51,515 nucleotides of DNA, filler included, from Sphacelaria rigidula (GCA_964200075.2; 4 parts of 4 records of this genome joined end to end with filler, not necessarily neighbours in it), one strand, 5' to 3'. Shown: positions 12,945-25,975, numbered from the whole stretch's first letter. The notes: generated by a model from the sequence alone, not told the origin. Numbers and translations: made by a program.

Positions 12945-13350
12945 AGCGGCCTAAAAGAGAGCTAGGCGGATTCTGACACCTTGGAATGCCTTGCTGTACT
13001 CGTTGAGTCGGTTCCAGCCCATCTGTGCGTTTGTCCAGTGGCTGCAGTTTGTTTCTTGCCCGGATCTGCATTTTTCTCGGCGACCGGTGAGTCCACAAAA
13101 AATCCTTTTTTTTTTTTCTGGACTTGGAAAACCACTCCTTATGGCCAAAAATAAGAATCTGGAAAAGTGACTTTTCGGAACTTAGGCGTCGTTTTACGCC
13201 CTGAAAGAGAGCTACAGTAGGCGGATTCAGACACGTTGGAGTGTATTGCTGTACTTGTTGAGACGGTTCCTGCACACCTGTGCGATTTTCCCGGTGGCCG
13301 CATCATGTTTCTTGCCCAAACTTGCATTTTATCGGCGACCGGTCAAGTGC
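12945..13350. repeat. Degenerate direct repeat, period about 250 bp
   Basis: AAAGAGAGCTA..GGCGGATTC.GACAC.TTGGA...TTGCTGTACT.GTTGAG.CGGTTCC...TGTTTCTTGCCC...TCGGCGACCGGT occurs at ~12950-13095 and ~13200-13350. Confidence 0.75.
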
Positions 13351-16158
13351 ATCTCTCACACATCACTCACGAGCGTTCCCGGACCTCCAACAGCTACAAC
13401 CTTCCTGCCCCTCCCCAACAAGTCTACAGGTGTACACACACCGCAGCGACGATAATACTGACGGTAGTGCGTCCTTTTCGCATAGGATTACCCAAATATA
13501 TACGTGCAAGACAGCAAGATACATTGCGGCAAATTGTGATACCGAGTTCATAGATGGGTGTGTGTTGTGTGTTGTGTTGTCACCCCATATATTCTGCCCG
13601 CCCGTCTACACAGGAGGAGGTTCCAACGGAGTTGTTCAATTTTTTTCTTCTTTTGGTATGGATACAGGTTTAATATTCGTGCGGCGCTCAAGCTCTATCT
13701 GCCACCGAGAGCTCAGCAAGATTGCACTCATTGCGTATTCGTTGTCCGGGCCTGGTCGGGGCTTCATTTCCCTTTGTTTGACCTTTCTATATACAGCCGA
13801 GGATAACGGTAGCAGCAATAGTCTCGAAAAATATGTATGCGTCCAGCGTCGTCGATCGTTTTTTCACTACATAGCGCCAAGTCCTGGAACAAGCGTACTA
13901 TGTATACCTTGGAAAGAACGCGATACCCTGTCACACGGAGTCGCACACACAAGACGAATCAATGTTCGTGAGTAGCTGTCTGATGCCCCATGTAGAGTGC
14001 TTGGTTGTCTCCATTGTTACATCTCGGAAACGCTCTAACGCGGTACCGACTCCACTATGTGCACCGCGAGATGCGCCAGTGGGGGCCAGTAAGCGCCGTA
14101 TGTTTGCTGTCTGTGCGGCGTCGATCGACACGAGCAATTTCAGAGCAAGAGCACGGCAGCCGACAAAAAAGGGAGCCAGCAGCATTGACGCGTGTACAGT
14201 GTTTTTCTCGGAGTATGTACCATCCGGTCAGCATGAAACGACACACAACGACGACGATAGAACGGTATTTTCTCTGACCCCGTATCCAAAGCTGTGCCGA
14301 ATGCAGCAGCAAGCTAAGCCCAAGTGGAGACTGCAACGCCAACCGCGGCCACCGCAATCGTGCGGCGGGTACGGCGACGCCCGAAGTGAATGTTCGGCAC
14401 AATATCCCGCATATTAAAATACGAAGCACCGCTTGTGAGGCTGGTGGAGTCCTAGATATTATTCCGCCACCGCACTGTACTGTACTGCGGCTGCCGGTCC
14501 CCAAAGGCCAGCAAGAACATGTGTGACGACGTGCATACTAAAATTTTTGCTATACAGTATGCGTTGTAGTGTAGTGGGACTGGTCAATTTTCCGAATTGA
14601 GTTGCTTGAAGTAAGTGTTTCTTCTACATGAAGTTGACCCGTACCTATGAAACCGCCGCCGAAGTTAGGGCAGGTTCACACAACATACGTTTTTCGCTTT
14701 TCACATCCTTCACATCATTCCGTGCTGTCGACTGCACCTACCCGTGGTCACCGTTGCCTTGCAGCTATGCGTGAGGTTATCGCACCAAGTGCAGAGGCTG
14801 GAGCATTTTCCGCAGCAGTCGAGCAGCGCCCACCACCTGCAGCGGCTTGTGAGGGTTCATGTCGATACATTTCAGGTACCAGTCAACATACTGTCTGACC
14901 TAGAGCACATCATTACAGGGCGTGCTGTGCTGTAGGCTGCAGGTGAACTGTACTGATCGTCAATGCGGCGACGAATCTCAACTCTTTCGAGACTGGGCCT
15001 CCAGGACGACCAATGAGGCTGATGAGGAATGACGTGTCTGGCGTCGACACGAAACAGTGACTTCATGTTGCTGAAAACCCAATATGCAACCGCAGCGTTA
15101 GGAGGAAGACTGAAAGTTTCATCCAATCTATTTTCAGGTGCAGGTACAAACTGTAGTTCGGGTGTTGTGCGCATCAGGTAATGTACAGATGTGTCAAGCA
15201 GGGTGGGTCGCCGTAGATAGCTTTGAACGGGATGTGGCGACCGGCGGGCCGCCCGCCACTTGTGGCTTCGGATGATATTTTTCTCCCCATCACCTTTTTC
15301 CAGAAAGCCCTTTGTGATTGGGGTGGGCTGCGATTTCCCTCTTTGTTGCAAGTGGCAAATTCTCTTCGAAGGGCATGGGTATTGCTGCTCACATATAGTA
15401 CAGTACAGTACGCCTCTCCGACTGCAGCAGCAGCTGCCGCTGCATACTCCGTTACACGTTCTGGGCAGTTCTCCGCGACGGAGATCAGCTGCCTATACAC
15501 AGCTTGTTCGTTCCCGTCGACTAGATACGACCTCACTGCATGTTGTCCCGCCTCAGTACAGGGATACGCAGAAGTCATGCCTCTAGCTCCGTCTCTCGTT
15601 CCATGGCGTTGCTAGATTCAGTCGCCTTGTGAACATGACCACATACTGTATTTCGTACGGTACGCTGTTCCCGAATTTCTCCCGAACACCCTGTGATAGT
15701 GTAATAACTACGTTTTACTATAGGATGGTGGCCCCAAAAAATCGGGGGAGTGGACGTCGGACCTATATAAAATGCAAATAAATAATAAAAAAATCGGGAA
15801 AGCGAGCTCCGACCATCGCGGCTTTGTTTTGCTTCCAAGGCTTTTTTGTGGGCCAGGGACAGGGTACATACAAACTTGGCAGTGACATAACTCCGGACGA
15901 TAGCCCCCCCCCCTCCACTGGTCGATAAATGTCGCCTCGCTGTGATTGGACAGGTCGCTCCTAGACTTGTTTATTATTATTTTACCAATACATAGTGAAC
16001 CCCTTGTTACTGAAGATCAGTCCCAAAAGGGTCAACCTCATCATTGCTCTGTTGTTTTTTTCGGTGGAAGAACTAAAAGCGCGCGTGTGCGTGTCTGTTT
16101 GTGTCCGTGTGTGTATCTTTGTGAAAAACAAAACAAAACAAACGAAACGCCTCTGCAG

Positions 16159-16299
16159 GAGTTGCACAGCATGGGACACATCGTCAATCGCATCGTCACT
16201 GGATCAAGGGAACATTCGCTCACCACCCAGGGGTGCGATCCGCTAGACGACTTTCGACGATGTATCGACGCTATCAACAACCGCCACGCTGCGAACGTG
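16159..16299 (+). CDS. Internal coding exon (47 aa) of an unidentified multi-exon gene
   Basis: CTGCAG| acceptor after an A/C-rich tract, |GTGAGC donor, 141 nt, phase 0-0. Open frame ELHSMGHIVNRIV...DAINNRHAANV. Confidence 0.65.
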
Positions 16300-16705
16300 G
16301 TGAGCTTGGTGTTTTTTTGTTTCCTATTATAGTGATATTTTTACCTCCCTCTCCCCTTCTCCTCGGGACGAGTGTATAGTCTCGAGAAATCACTCTTTTT
16401 TCCCTCTGGGTACCTGCCGAACATATTGATGACCCGTTGACCTTCAGCATCATTTCGGAACAGTTTCACCTGCTGACAGTCCAGGGATTCAATATTTTTG
16501 ACGAGAACGGGCGGGAGGGGGGGGCAGGGTCCTCCATGATCAGCGAATGCTTCCCAGATCAACCATACGTACGTGTTCCCGGAAACATCTAGGCCGGGCA
16601 GCAGGCCTGAGGGGGGCGCGTAGTGACCATTTAGATAGCTCTGACTGGTCGAATGATCCTCTATGTTCCCCTACAAATCGCCCTAGTGGGGGTGGCGCTA
16701 CATTC

Positions 16706-19055
16706 CAGGGCTGCTCACGGGATGATGGGACGGGTACGTCTCCTGTTGCCTAATAAACGATGGGACGGGCGGGACGGGATGGGAGGTGTGCCCCCCATAA
16801 ATCGTCGGGGCGGGACGGACATTTTCAGGGTTCTACACGTTTCACGTTCCACTTACGTTACGTTTTGGCCGAAACATAGCGTGAGCGTTAAATTTTCAAA
16901 TGAAACGTTAACGTAACCTTAGAATTTTTCAACGTTCCAAACAAAACGTAACGTGTAGAGTCATAAACACGTTACATGAAGCGGTGCACACTTCAAGTTT
17001 GCGATGAATTTTAAAAACCTAGAAGATTATGCTTCAATAAATCAGGGCTCTACACGTTACACATGCCACGACGTTACACGTTACGTTTCGGCTAAAACGT
17101 AACGTGAATGTTATTTTTTTTCGTGGTGTACGTAACGTAACTTAAACGTTAATGTTGAAGATGAAAAAAAAATAGTAGTCTGTGTACATTAAAACAAAAG
17201 CTTGTCAAGCTAGATAAATGCATTGTTTGCCTGGACCGCCTTGTAAACCTGTTCTACATATATGCATACATACGTGCGCCTGCCTTTGACGCCCGTGATG
17301 AACAATCTTACTTGTCCGTGTAAACATGTTTGCACATATATAGAACCATGGATACCCGATATAGTTTTGTCTGCGAGATGCCAGGACGCTTCAAGCTGGC
17401 GTTCAATCATGTTCACGATCTGTTGTGTGTACAGTGTGTGCTATCGTGTGAATGACAGAGCATCTGAAAGTTGAAGATTGAAAACAAAAAGATGAAAAGA
17501 AAAGAGGAGATATTAAAGACTTACGGTCCTTAACGAATGAACGATACACCGTAGAGAAGGTAACGTTACACAATCAGATAATGCGCCTACGTTCAAACAC
17601 ACGACGGGCCACCGTCAGCATCACGTACACGGTAACGTCACGCGTTACACGACACGTTACAACGCTTCATCCCTGTGGGAGCCCACTCCTCCCGTCTCCG
17701 GTCCAGACGCCTCACTATTTCAAGCGCTGACAAAGGAGAAGAGATGAGAAAAGAAGATACCTACATCAACCATTTTTACGGCGGAAGGCCACAGAAGAAT
17801 TCAATTACATACGTCATGCTCGCCAACAATAATGTCGCCCCAGTGCGGTCGGGTTAGTTTTGACGAATGAGGGGACACAACGGGTCAAGTATGCTCAACT
17901 TTGTGCACAGAGCAAAAACCAGCACCGCGGCCTCTAAATTTCATACAACAAGAATCAGCACCATCTGTATATTTTCTATATATTTAGTCCCATGTTGCAC
18001 TGCGGCACAATTTTATATAGGTGACGCACCCCACCGGAGTATTGTTGTGCTGCAGTCCGGAGGTCGTACCCGCCCAACACTTGGCAAGCGTGCTAAGCCA
18101 CATCACAGAAACAAAGCAGTGTGGCCGAGCACACAGAAACCTCCTCACCACACGTGGAAGGATTGAGATGGGATACAGTATTCACGCGATTCACCGCCAG
18201 TTGGAAGCGGTCGCTGGTCTGAAAAACATGTCTTGGGCAAAATAGTGGTCCTTGGAAGCTGCAAACAATCAACCATATGTTGTCCGAAAAACAGCACCTC
18301 GAAATCAGCACTTTTTCATTGCCAGAGTCAAAATGGTTGAACACTGATGAATGGGCTGCAACATACACATAATGAAACGTTACCTTCTATCGTTACACGC
18401 ATCAATGAAACGTTATATTAGACGTTACACGTCCCTTGAAACGTTTCATATCACGTTACATGTAACGAAACGTTAACGTAACGTTAATTTTCTAACGTGC
18501 CAAACGAAACGTGAACCTAACGTTAAATTTCCAAATGAAACGTTAACGTAACGTTAATTTTTTCTAACGTGCCAAACAAAACGTAACGTGAACGTGGACG
18601 TGTAAGGTGTAGACCCCTGGGTATCTTTCCCGTTGCCTGAAAAAGCGACCAGAAATGACGACACTTTCTACGATACCCCCCCCCCCCCCAAAAGTGCATG
18701 GTTGTGGGAGGCAAAATCTTCACGTAAATCGAAATGAGAAAAGCCGAGCACAACGAGAAGGTGGGAATCCCCACGCTTGGGTACGTTCTGGCCAATGTCG
18801 CCAATGTGAGGCGCTTCATGCAGCCTGAACCCGAACATCTGGCGCTGTATGGCATTTTTTTCGTGACACTTTTAGCTGGGTTTTTGTTGGGGGGGGGTAT
18901 CGTAGAAAGTGTCGGACAGGCACTTCCCTCGTTCCCCGAAAAATCAAGCGATGGGACGGGTGCTTTTAGGAATTTACTTGGAACGGGACGGGCAAGTGCG
19001 TATAAACAATAATACGAAACCCTGTCCCGTGAGATCCCGTCTCGTCCTCGCGGCA
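16706..19055. mobile_element. Non-autonomous hAT-like element with GGGACGGG subterminal motifs (host of the nested element)
   Basis: The left end CAGGGCTGCTCACGGGA matches the reverse complement of the end of the copy at 22242 (CAGGGTCTTTCACGGGA). GGGACGGG/CCCGT motifs occur at 16715-16825 and resume at 18950-19050. The right end is degenerate. Confidence 0.55.
16826..18619 (+). mobile_element. Degenerate hAT transposon with ACGT/AACGT-rich subterminal repeats and transposase relics
   Basis: TIRs CAGGGTTCTACAC / GTGTAGACCCCTG. Dense ACGTTA/TAACGT arrays at both ends, and a second left end at 17043. The 8-bp flanks GACATTTT and GGTATCTT match at 5/8. Weak internal peptide relics (GHNGSSML, VPCC, LRWDT, LNTDEW) fall in hAT transposase order. 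Confidence 0.7.
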
Positions 19056-19859
19056 TATGTTGCGTATCAACAACAACCGCTTGAGACCGGAACGTTCTAA
19101 AGAACGTGGTGGCATTGATTCTTTCGGCGCAAAAACAAAGCACCCAACAACAGTTTTTACACGAAAATGGACCCCAACAGCGTTTTCAATCACAAGAATG
19201 CAAGAGCAATCGCTGCGGATACGGTGGAACTTTGTTAGGCACCGAAAGCAGCCAGTATCCCATCACCATTGCGATATTTTTCGGCTGGCGGATCAGCTTG
19301 TTGGGTTTCAGCAAATGTCTCACCCCGATATCCGACGCGTATTCGTCATGATCATGATGGTTCTTGTCGGCGCTGCACTGTACTGTACATGATCGCTACG
19401 AGCTGGGCCAGCTGTAAACCCCGCATTCCTCGAGCACGCGGTAACTTTTTCAGTTTTCCGAATCAGCCTGATGTTCAAGTATGTCGCTGTGAACTGCAGA
19501 CCACCCTAGTGATGCCCGGCTCTGCCCGCTGTTCGATTGGCGCACTTTTGGCGATGACATTATTGGACCGCATTGAGTACCAGGTTCGTCTCACATCGTG
19601 GCGTGAAACCGTGGTTGAACGTTTCGTGTTTTTACTCATGTGTTGTCCCATCTATTCTGGACGCCAGTCTCCACGTTTCGATATCGTATGTAGGCGCATC
19701 AGACGGGGTAATACGGGAGGAAGGCCAAGATTTTTTTTTTTTTTGTACTCCGCGTTTCTGCGGCGGTGCTTGCCTTCTGTTTATCGCGAGTGAAGTTCAG
19801 CAGTCTCTTTCCCTCGTCGACCGTGGAGTCGAATTATGCGTACTCGCAATGTAGTCGTT

Positions 19860-19983
19860 CTCGACTGTTGGGCATCGTGTGAGAAAAAAATCTCAGATCG
19901 TGTGTCTGCACCAAGATTCGAACCCACGACCCATCCATCAGAAGGAATCAAGGTCACCAACTGAGCCACCGAGGCGACGGGCC
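19860..19983 (-). mobile_element. tRNA-derived SINE head (Pol III A and B boxes)
   Basis: Minus strand has TGGCTCAGTTGG (A box, 19957-19968) and GGTTCGAATC (B box, 19915-19924). There is no convincing acceptor or anticodon stem, so this is not a tRNA gene. The 3' extent is unknown. Confidence 0.65.
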
Positions 19984-21359
19984 ACTAATCGCGGCGGAAG
20001 TACAAAACAAAATTGCGCCGCACCGGGCATACAACAAGTCTGACACACACCGAAGAGCGCACTGGTACTGCTGCGAGATGGCATCAAGCTTGTCAGCAGC
20101 TCCAACGTGGGAGAGGACCTGCGAGATTATTTTCACATACAACGAGCACAGGCACAAGTACTATGTGAAACTGCAGCATATCCGCCCCCAAAAACAAGAC
20201 CGTCAACGAAAATATCCAAGGCCTTTGAATCTCAAGAGGGGGCACAAGCAGAAGCTCATCTTCTGCAGCTGGGCCTCCAGCGAAGCAGAAAAGTGCTGTG
20301 GATAGATGGGCACTGGGGAAAAGGCCAACCCACACTGAGGAGAGAAATCCTAGTTTCTCGCATTTTGGGGGGGCAGAAGGTCGTGCGAAAGTTCTGAAAT
20401 CATCTTGTTCAACTGAAACAAAAATATTCTGCGTGAGAAATTACGTCAACAACGGGAACCAGATTCTACTGGTGACAATGTATCTGTCAAGATTCAAACT
20501 CGTGACCTCCGCAACTGGAGTGTGCTGTACCACATGGACCACCATGGCCGCAGCGGTGTCACACAAAATGTGGGACGCCCCGCCCAATTTTGATAGTTTT
20601 GAGCAGAAATTTCTCAAAGGACCTTATGGACGGGAGATTTTTTTTTCGTTCACGGAAGAAAGAAGAGCCGTTATATTTCGGGTTATGACTTCATTTTTTT
20701 TCTTCAAGAAGGTCAAATCGCTTTGACTTTCTGGTTTTTTATTATTATGATCATGATTCTTTGCTTTGCCTGCTTTCCGCGCAATTATTATATAAATGTC
20801 GTGTTGAAACTCAAGCTCGTGACTCGTAAAATTCAGCAGGGCATAACTACTCAACCCCCAACAGGAAATGTTGGCCGGCCCAGTTCGTGTAGACTGGAGA
20901 GCTGAAAAGGGTATGCGGTTTTTGTATGGGGGTGTATCTCACGTCGAAGCAAATGCAAGTGACATATGATATCTCGCAGTCGATGACCGAAAAGAGCATA
21001 TTGCCATGCATACTCCTCCGGTAACGGATCGAGACCATCGCAGCAGCTGATGATGATACTTCGACAACTTGTTCATGTTACAGTAGTCATAAGTATGCAG
21101 AAATCGTAATTTCTTAGTTCCTCAAAAAAATTCTGGATTCGTTTCGCTTGCCACCGCTCATCACAGTGACTGTTGGATGCCAAAAAATGGGCATCTATAT
21201 CTACGATCAATATTGAGTGACTTACGGGCTCGACCGATCTTCGGGGGTGCTGCGAAAGTGCAACCCCAGATTCTAGCTTTTCGGTATTTTCGGTGGACCG
21301 ACTCCATCCCGATCATATAAGTGAAGACCCAAAAATGATCATTTTTTTCAACTCAACCT

Positions 21360-21860
21360 ATTCACGGCGCTAAAGCCGGAAAACTATGTTTGTTGGGCCA
21401 TTTACGGTCAATAACACCCTCCTGAAAACGGGGACTTTACTCCGTATCGCCCCCTCAACACCAACTTGGGCATTGTGACTTGAGCACGGTCTGCTTATTT
21501 TGCCAAAACTATCGACACCAGCACTTTCGAGTGCTCATGGAAAATGTTACGCGAAAAAAACGAAAAGAGGCCATCCGCAGAAAATGCTAGACTGTGGTCT
21601 GTGCAGTATAGGTGGGAGGGAAACATGATCTCGATCGTTATGGTGAAAAAATATCCACGTATTCATTCATCTGAATATTTACGGTTTCGTTGCGGAGGAG
21701 CTGGAAAACTCCTGTAATTGGACCGAAAACGGTCAGTAACACCTTCCTGATGAACGGGGTATCTAGTCCGTATCGCTCCAAAAACACCAACCTGGGCACT
21801 GCAGCTTGAGCGCGGCCCACACTTTCCCCCTAAATCTACCGGCGCTAGCACTTTAAAGTA
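21360..21860. repeat. Degenerate direct repeat, period about 330 bp
   Basis: ACGGTCA.TAACACC.TCCTGA..ACGGG...TCCGTATCGC...AACACCAAC.TGGGCA...CTTGAGC.CGG...AGCACTTT occurs at ~21400-21530 and ~21730-21855. Confidence 0.7.
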
Positions 21861-22029
21861 GTAGTGAAGAATAGTACTAGAGAACTACGAATTCTGAAAA
21901 CTTCTGATGCTGACTACTATACAGTGCAGTATTGACTACTGTACAGATCGAGGCCAATATGACAGCTGGTGGTACTCCGACAGGATGTTGATATTCTAGC
22001 ACAGTACTGTCTACTGTACTGTACCCCAC

Positions 22030-22242
22030 CATGTCCCGCTCACATTTGACAGGAATCCGATCCCGGTTTACGGGATGCCCCGAAAGGACCGGGCGGGAAG
22101 TCCGTGTCCCGTGGTATACGATGGGAAAATATTGGGGTCGTCTCATGGGAACGGGACGGAACCGGAAATTATTAGAAAGACGGGCCATCCCGTCCCGTCC
22201 CGATGATCGTCCCGTGACATTCCCGTCCCGTGAAAGACCCTG
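22030..22242. mobile_element. Second fragment (right end) of the GGGACGGG hAT-like family
   Basis: CCCGT/ACGGG motif array ending TCCCGTGAAAGACCCTG. Confidence 0.6.
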
Positions 22243-23021
22243 CTGTCTTTTACCCTTCGAGCAACGGCCAATCAACCATCAAAGCACACACGAAATGAGG
22301 TACTTTGTGCTCTCTACGCAGTCTTTCTGCCACGTTCCTACCCCCTCAATTGGACGTTGCGAAGCGCTGCGCACTGTTGTTGTGTGATAAACACTGAAAA
22401 TCGATAGAGCCAACGTGTACTCGTGAATGTGTGATTGTTTAGTTTTTTCTCTTCTTCCATGTTTAGTCCGTCCTCACCACTCCCGACGAGTCTGCGCGCA
22501 GCATAATATTTTATCGCTCGAGTCATCTTCCAGTCTCGACGTCCGAGTACGCCCGCCAAACTTTTTTTCAAAGGGTTGTGAGTACCCCTGGCCGCCCCCC
22601 TCCCCCCCTTATGGGCTAAAATGGAATTTTGGAGTTCAAGAGAGGGGGTTTGTGTCGGATTTAAGACATGTGCCAGGGAGGAATGGTGTCTTATTTTAGC
22701 GTTACGGTGACAGTAGCGATTCCATATCGAGTTCCCTCTTGTATTTGTGCGTCCGCCATCGCCCACTCTTGTGCGCAATGAAGTCTTCCGCATGTGTCAC
22801 GGCATCCACTTCGCCACGGGGGAGGGGGGGGAGGGGTAGTTGCTCCCGCCAGAGGACGTGGTACGCGTTTTAAACTTTTTCTATTATGTCGTATGTACTC
22901 TAGGCTTTGGTCTCTAGTTACTAGAGACTCGCAGGTCTAAGCGATTGGGCTCGTAACGCGTTATTCTTGAAAGCCAGGTGCGGATGCTGCTGCTGCCGTC
23001 TCTCCCATTTTTTTTTTGCAG

Positions 23022-23120
23022 GAAACTCTGATGGAGGCGAAGCGGGAAGCGTCGAAGGTGATGGAGCGGAGCGCCGAAGCAGAGGATCGGTTACAGAGCC
23101 TCATCGACGACTTTTTACAG
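23022..23120 (+). CDS. Internal coding exon (33 aa, coiled-coil-like)
   Basis: Poly-T GCAG| acceptor, CAG|GTGGGT donor, 99 nt, phase 0-0. Encodes ETLMEAKREASKVMERSAEAEDRLQSLIDDFLQ. Confidence 0.75.
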
Positions 23121-23404
23121 GTGGGTCGGTCACTGGGTCGCCGCTCAGGAGCACAGAACACACCCGGCCGTCCACACCTTGTCTGTTTCGATCACATCAA
23201 AGACGAGCTGTGTATTGCGCGCTCGCTAGCTTCAGGTCGCGGGTTAATTCGCTGATTGATCCGTTGACGGATTCGATCACCGTCGCGCTTTAACTGCCCC
23301 GCTTCGAATCCAGCCTTGGTGTCACAGATAGACGTATCTATCCAACATTATTACAGGGAAAATGCTCGCTCAGGGAAAATTGAGAAAAAAGGGGCAATGT
23401 CATC

Positions 23405-23650
23405 GATTGATTTGATTTGATTTGATTTGATTTGATTTGATTTGATTTGATTTGATTTGATTTGATTTGATTTGATTTGATTTGATTTGATTTGATTTGA
23501 TTTGATTTGATTTGATTTGATTTGATTTGATTTGATTCGATTCGATTCGATTCGATTCGATTCGATTCGATTCGATTCGATTTGATTTGATTTGATTTGA
23601 TTTGATTTGATTTGATTTGATTCGATTTGATTCGATTTGATTCGATTGAT
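23405..23650. repeat. Compound pentanucleotide microsatellite (GATTT)n/(GATTC)n
   Basis: Directly visible, about 245 bp, with a central block of GATTC units. Confidence 0.97.
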
Positions 23651-24791
23651 TGTCGCACTTCATCTGACCCACGAGGGATCCAGCGGTGGTCACAAGACAG
23701 ACGTACCCGAGACAAGACAAAGCTGAAACACTCGCTCAAGAAAACACATATGTGTTTCTTCGACAAAAATGCCAGTTCGGCCGTGTCCATGCTGGTGGTG
23801 CACGGCATGTCTCGAATTGCCACAAGAGATATTACATGAAACGAAGTCAACCCCGTGCTGGATAACAAGAAAGTTCACATACCGCATCGCCGTTGATTAC
23901 TTCAAGCGCATATTTTACTCCCCGCTGCCGTTTGCGTGCAGTACTGTTTCTCGGACCTTATTTGCTCACGGAGTAAATTTGGTCGGATAAATTTACGCGG
24001 TAAGCTTCACCGAACGGTTCCGGTTTGTCGACGTATGAGTCAGTACAAATCAATGTTGGGGCGACGCATGGAATGTACAAAGTTACAGAAACACACGTTT
24101 TTTCAGAGGAATGATGTTCCCACCTTAGAGTCATGCTACGATAAGGGTGGGGGGAGGGGAGAGGGAGGTATTTCGGGCCGTTTTCTTTCACGAAATTCTA
24201 TTTCAATCGTCGTTGAAAGCAGCAACGGTTCTTTGGACGCGCATGACACCGCTCTCAACCAAATACAAGCGCACCGCGAGTGTGTTAGGTCGTCTGACGC
24301 ACCTATGAGCCCATTTTTCGTGGAATCGACCCCCCTCCCCCTATCGTAGCATGACTCCTTACAACAACACTCCCCTTGTTGCACTTGATGATGTGCCCTT
24401 AGTGACTGAGCAATGTTCAAGCGCTGCGCCTTGTCCATATTTGTACTTGGTTTGTGCTGTTGTACTTTCTATACATCGCTTTTCGTTTCGTGATCTAGCG
24501 GCGCCTGCCTGTATCAGCGTTTCCGTGGGCATTCATATTTAACGGACATCTAATGAAAAGATGTGACTTGTTGTGAAAGTAACTTGTTGTCCCCAGACAG
24601 CCTGGTCTGGTCGTCTGCGAACAACGTGCACACGAAATAGTTTGATGCAAGAGTAGCAATACTCTCTCATTGATATTGGTAGCACACATGCACAAGATGA
24701 ATTTTAGTAAAACGCATTTTATTCATTTATTTGTTCACTTACTCGTTTTTTTTCAACTCCTTATTATTACTATCATTTTCTCGTATCTCAG

Positions 24792-24857
24792 GATGATCGC
24801 GGCGCGACGTTGAGAGGAGGCGAACCGGTGGGAGATTTGGAAGCTGGGGGTGCCCTG
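24792..24857 (+). CDS. Internal coding exon (22 aa)
   Basis: TCTCAG| acceptor, CTG|GTGAGT donor, 66 nt, phase 0-0. Encodes DDRGATLRGGEPVGDLEAGGAL. Confidence 0.65.
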
Positions 24858-24958
24858 GTGAGTTTTTCTGCGTTTATTTTCCGCGTTCTCTTATCCTGTC
24901 CATTTTTGTGCTGTCGTTCGTGAAATATATGGCCATCTTTCTTCTCGGCCTTGATCAG

Positions 24959-25071
24959 ACGTTCCCCTCTTGTGAACATCTGCACAGGAGACGTTTGGAT
25001 TCCTCTGTCAGCGACGGTATGGATGCGGAAGTCGCTGTTTTTGGTGTCCCCAGCCTGGGGCCTCGTCCATG
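24959..25071 (+). CDS. Possible next coding exon
   Basis: GATCAG| acceptor and a phase-0 open frame TFPSCEHLHRRRLDSSVSDGMDAEV... The donor position is uncertain. Confidence 0.4.
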
Positions 25072-25711
25072 GTACCCATACTTTCTTTGGTAGCAATGCG
25101 CCATTTGCGTGAATGATCGTTGCTTGATTCATTCCTGCGCTGCTTTCAAGACCCCTACCTTAACCTCGACCTTGATGGCACGTCATTGCTCCTACTTCTC
25201 TACCCCTAAATCAACGCCAAATTCACACGTCTGGGCTTGTAGCCCGTATCTTCCACAAATATATCCCCCCAACACATGAGGAATCTTTGTTCTTCCAAGC
25301 TTAGGGAGTGGTCCATGTAACCCACGGAGATTCAGAACCCGATCTCGATTTTCGGTGTAGACCAGGCGAGGCCCTGCACTGTCACAACATTCCGTGAAGC
25401 GAAGGTTATCGACGAGGATTTTCCAACTGCGCATGTTTCGGTCCAGAGAATCAGGGGTAGGGATTGCCTATCGCTCCGACTTTTAATGTCTGCACCTTGC
25501 CTTATATGTTTGTTGGTGCTGTCAGGCCATTTTACTGTGAGTAGTAGTCGTGATTCTGGCTGTGATGATGCTTTGTGTTTGCTTGATCTGTCTTACAGGT
25601 CGTTTTTTTTTTCTTTCCCTCCCCCCCCCCCCCCCTGCCTCTGTGGGGGGGCCTTCCCCGGGCCGGAGGTAGCGCTCGGACTCGTCTGGTTGGGGGGGCG
25701 CACCCAACCAA

Positions 25712-25811
25712 NNNNNNNNNNNNNNNNNNNNNNNNNNNNNNNNNNNNNNNNNNNNTTAATTAATTAANNNNNNNNNNNNNNNNNNNNNNNNNNNNNNNNN
25801 NNNNNNNNNNN
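25712..25811. other. Artificial contig linker
   Basis: N44-TTAATTAATTAA-N44. Confidence 0.98.
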
Positions 25812-25975
25812 AAGGGTCGCAACCGCAAAGAACCCATGATTTCCGTCGCTCAGCGGGTTGGAATGGAACCCCAAGTGACAGCGACTCAGGTGGTGCGCCA
25901 AGAGCGTGACCTAGGTTCGACTGTCCAAGAACTCATTTCAATAGCTCCTGGAGCCGCCGACCCTTTCGTGTGCTA
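25812..25975 (+). repeat. Terminal direct repeat copy 1 (internal gag/pol sequence)
   Basis: Matches 38450-38613 with 3 substitutions. Confidence 0.95.

Noticed and set aside
16830-18600. ACGT-rich arrays as CRISPR-like or regulatory arrays
   Set aside because: There is no constant repeat-spacer period; they are explained as hAT subterminal repeats.
23338-23868. ORFs with SNQIK repeats
   Set aside because: They are translations of the pentanucleotide microsatellite.
25203-25457. Possible TA-flanked MITE (CCCCTAAATC / GAATCAGGGG)
   Set aside because: The inverted match is too short and weak to support.
25812-25975. The 164-bp contig-end repeats as LTRs
   Set aside because: They lack TG..CA ends and lie in coding sequence between the gag knuckle and the protease.
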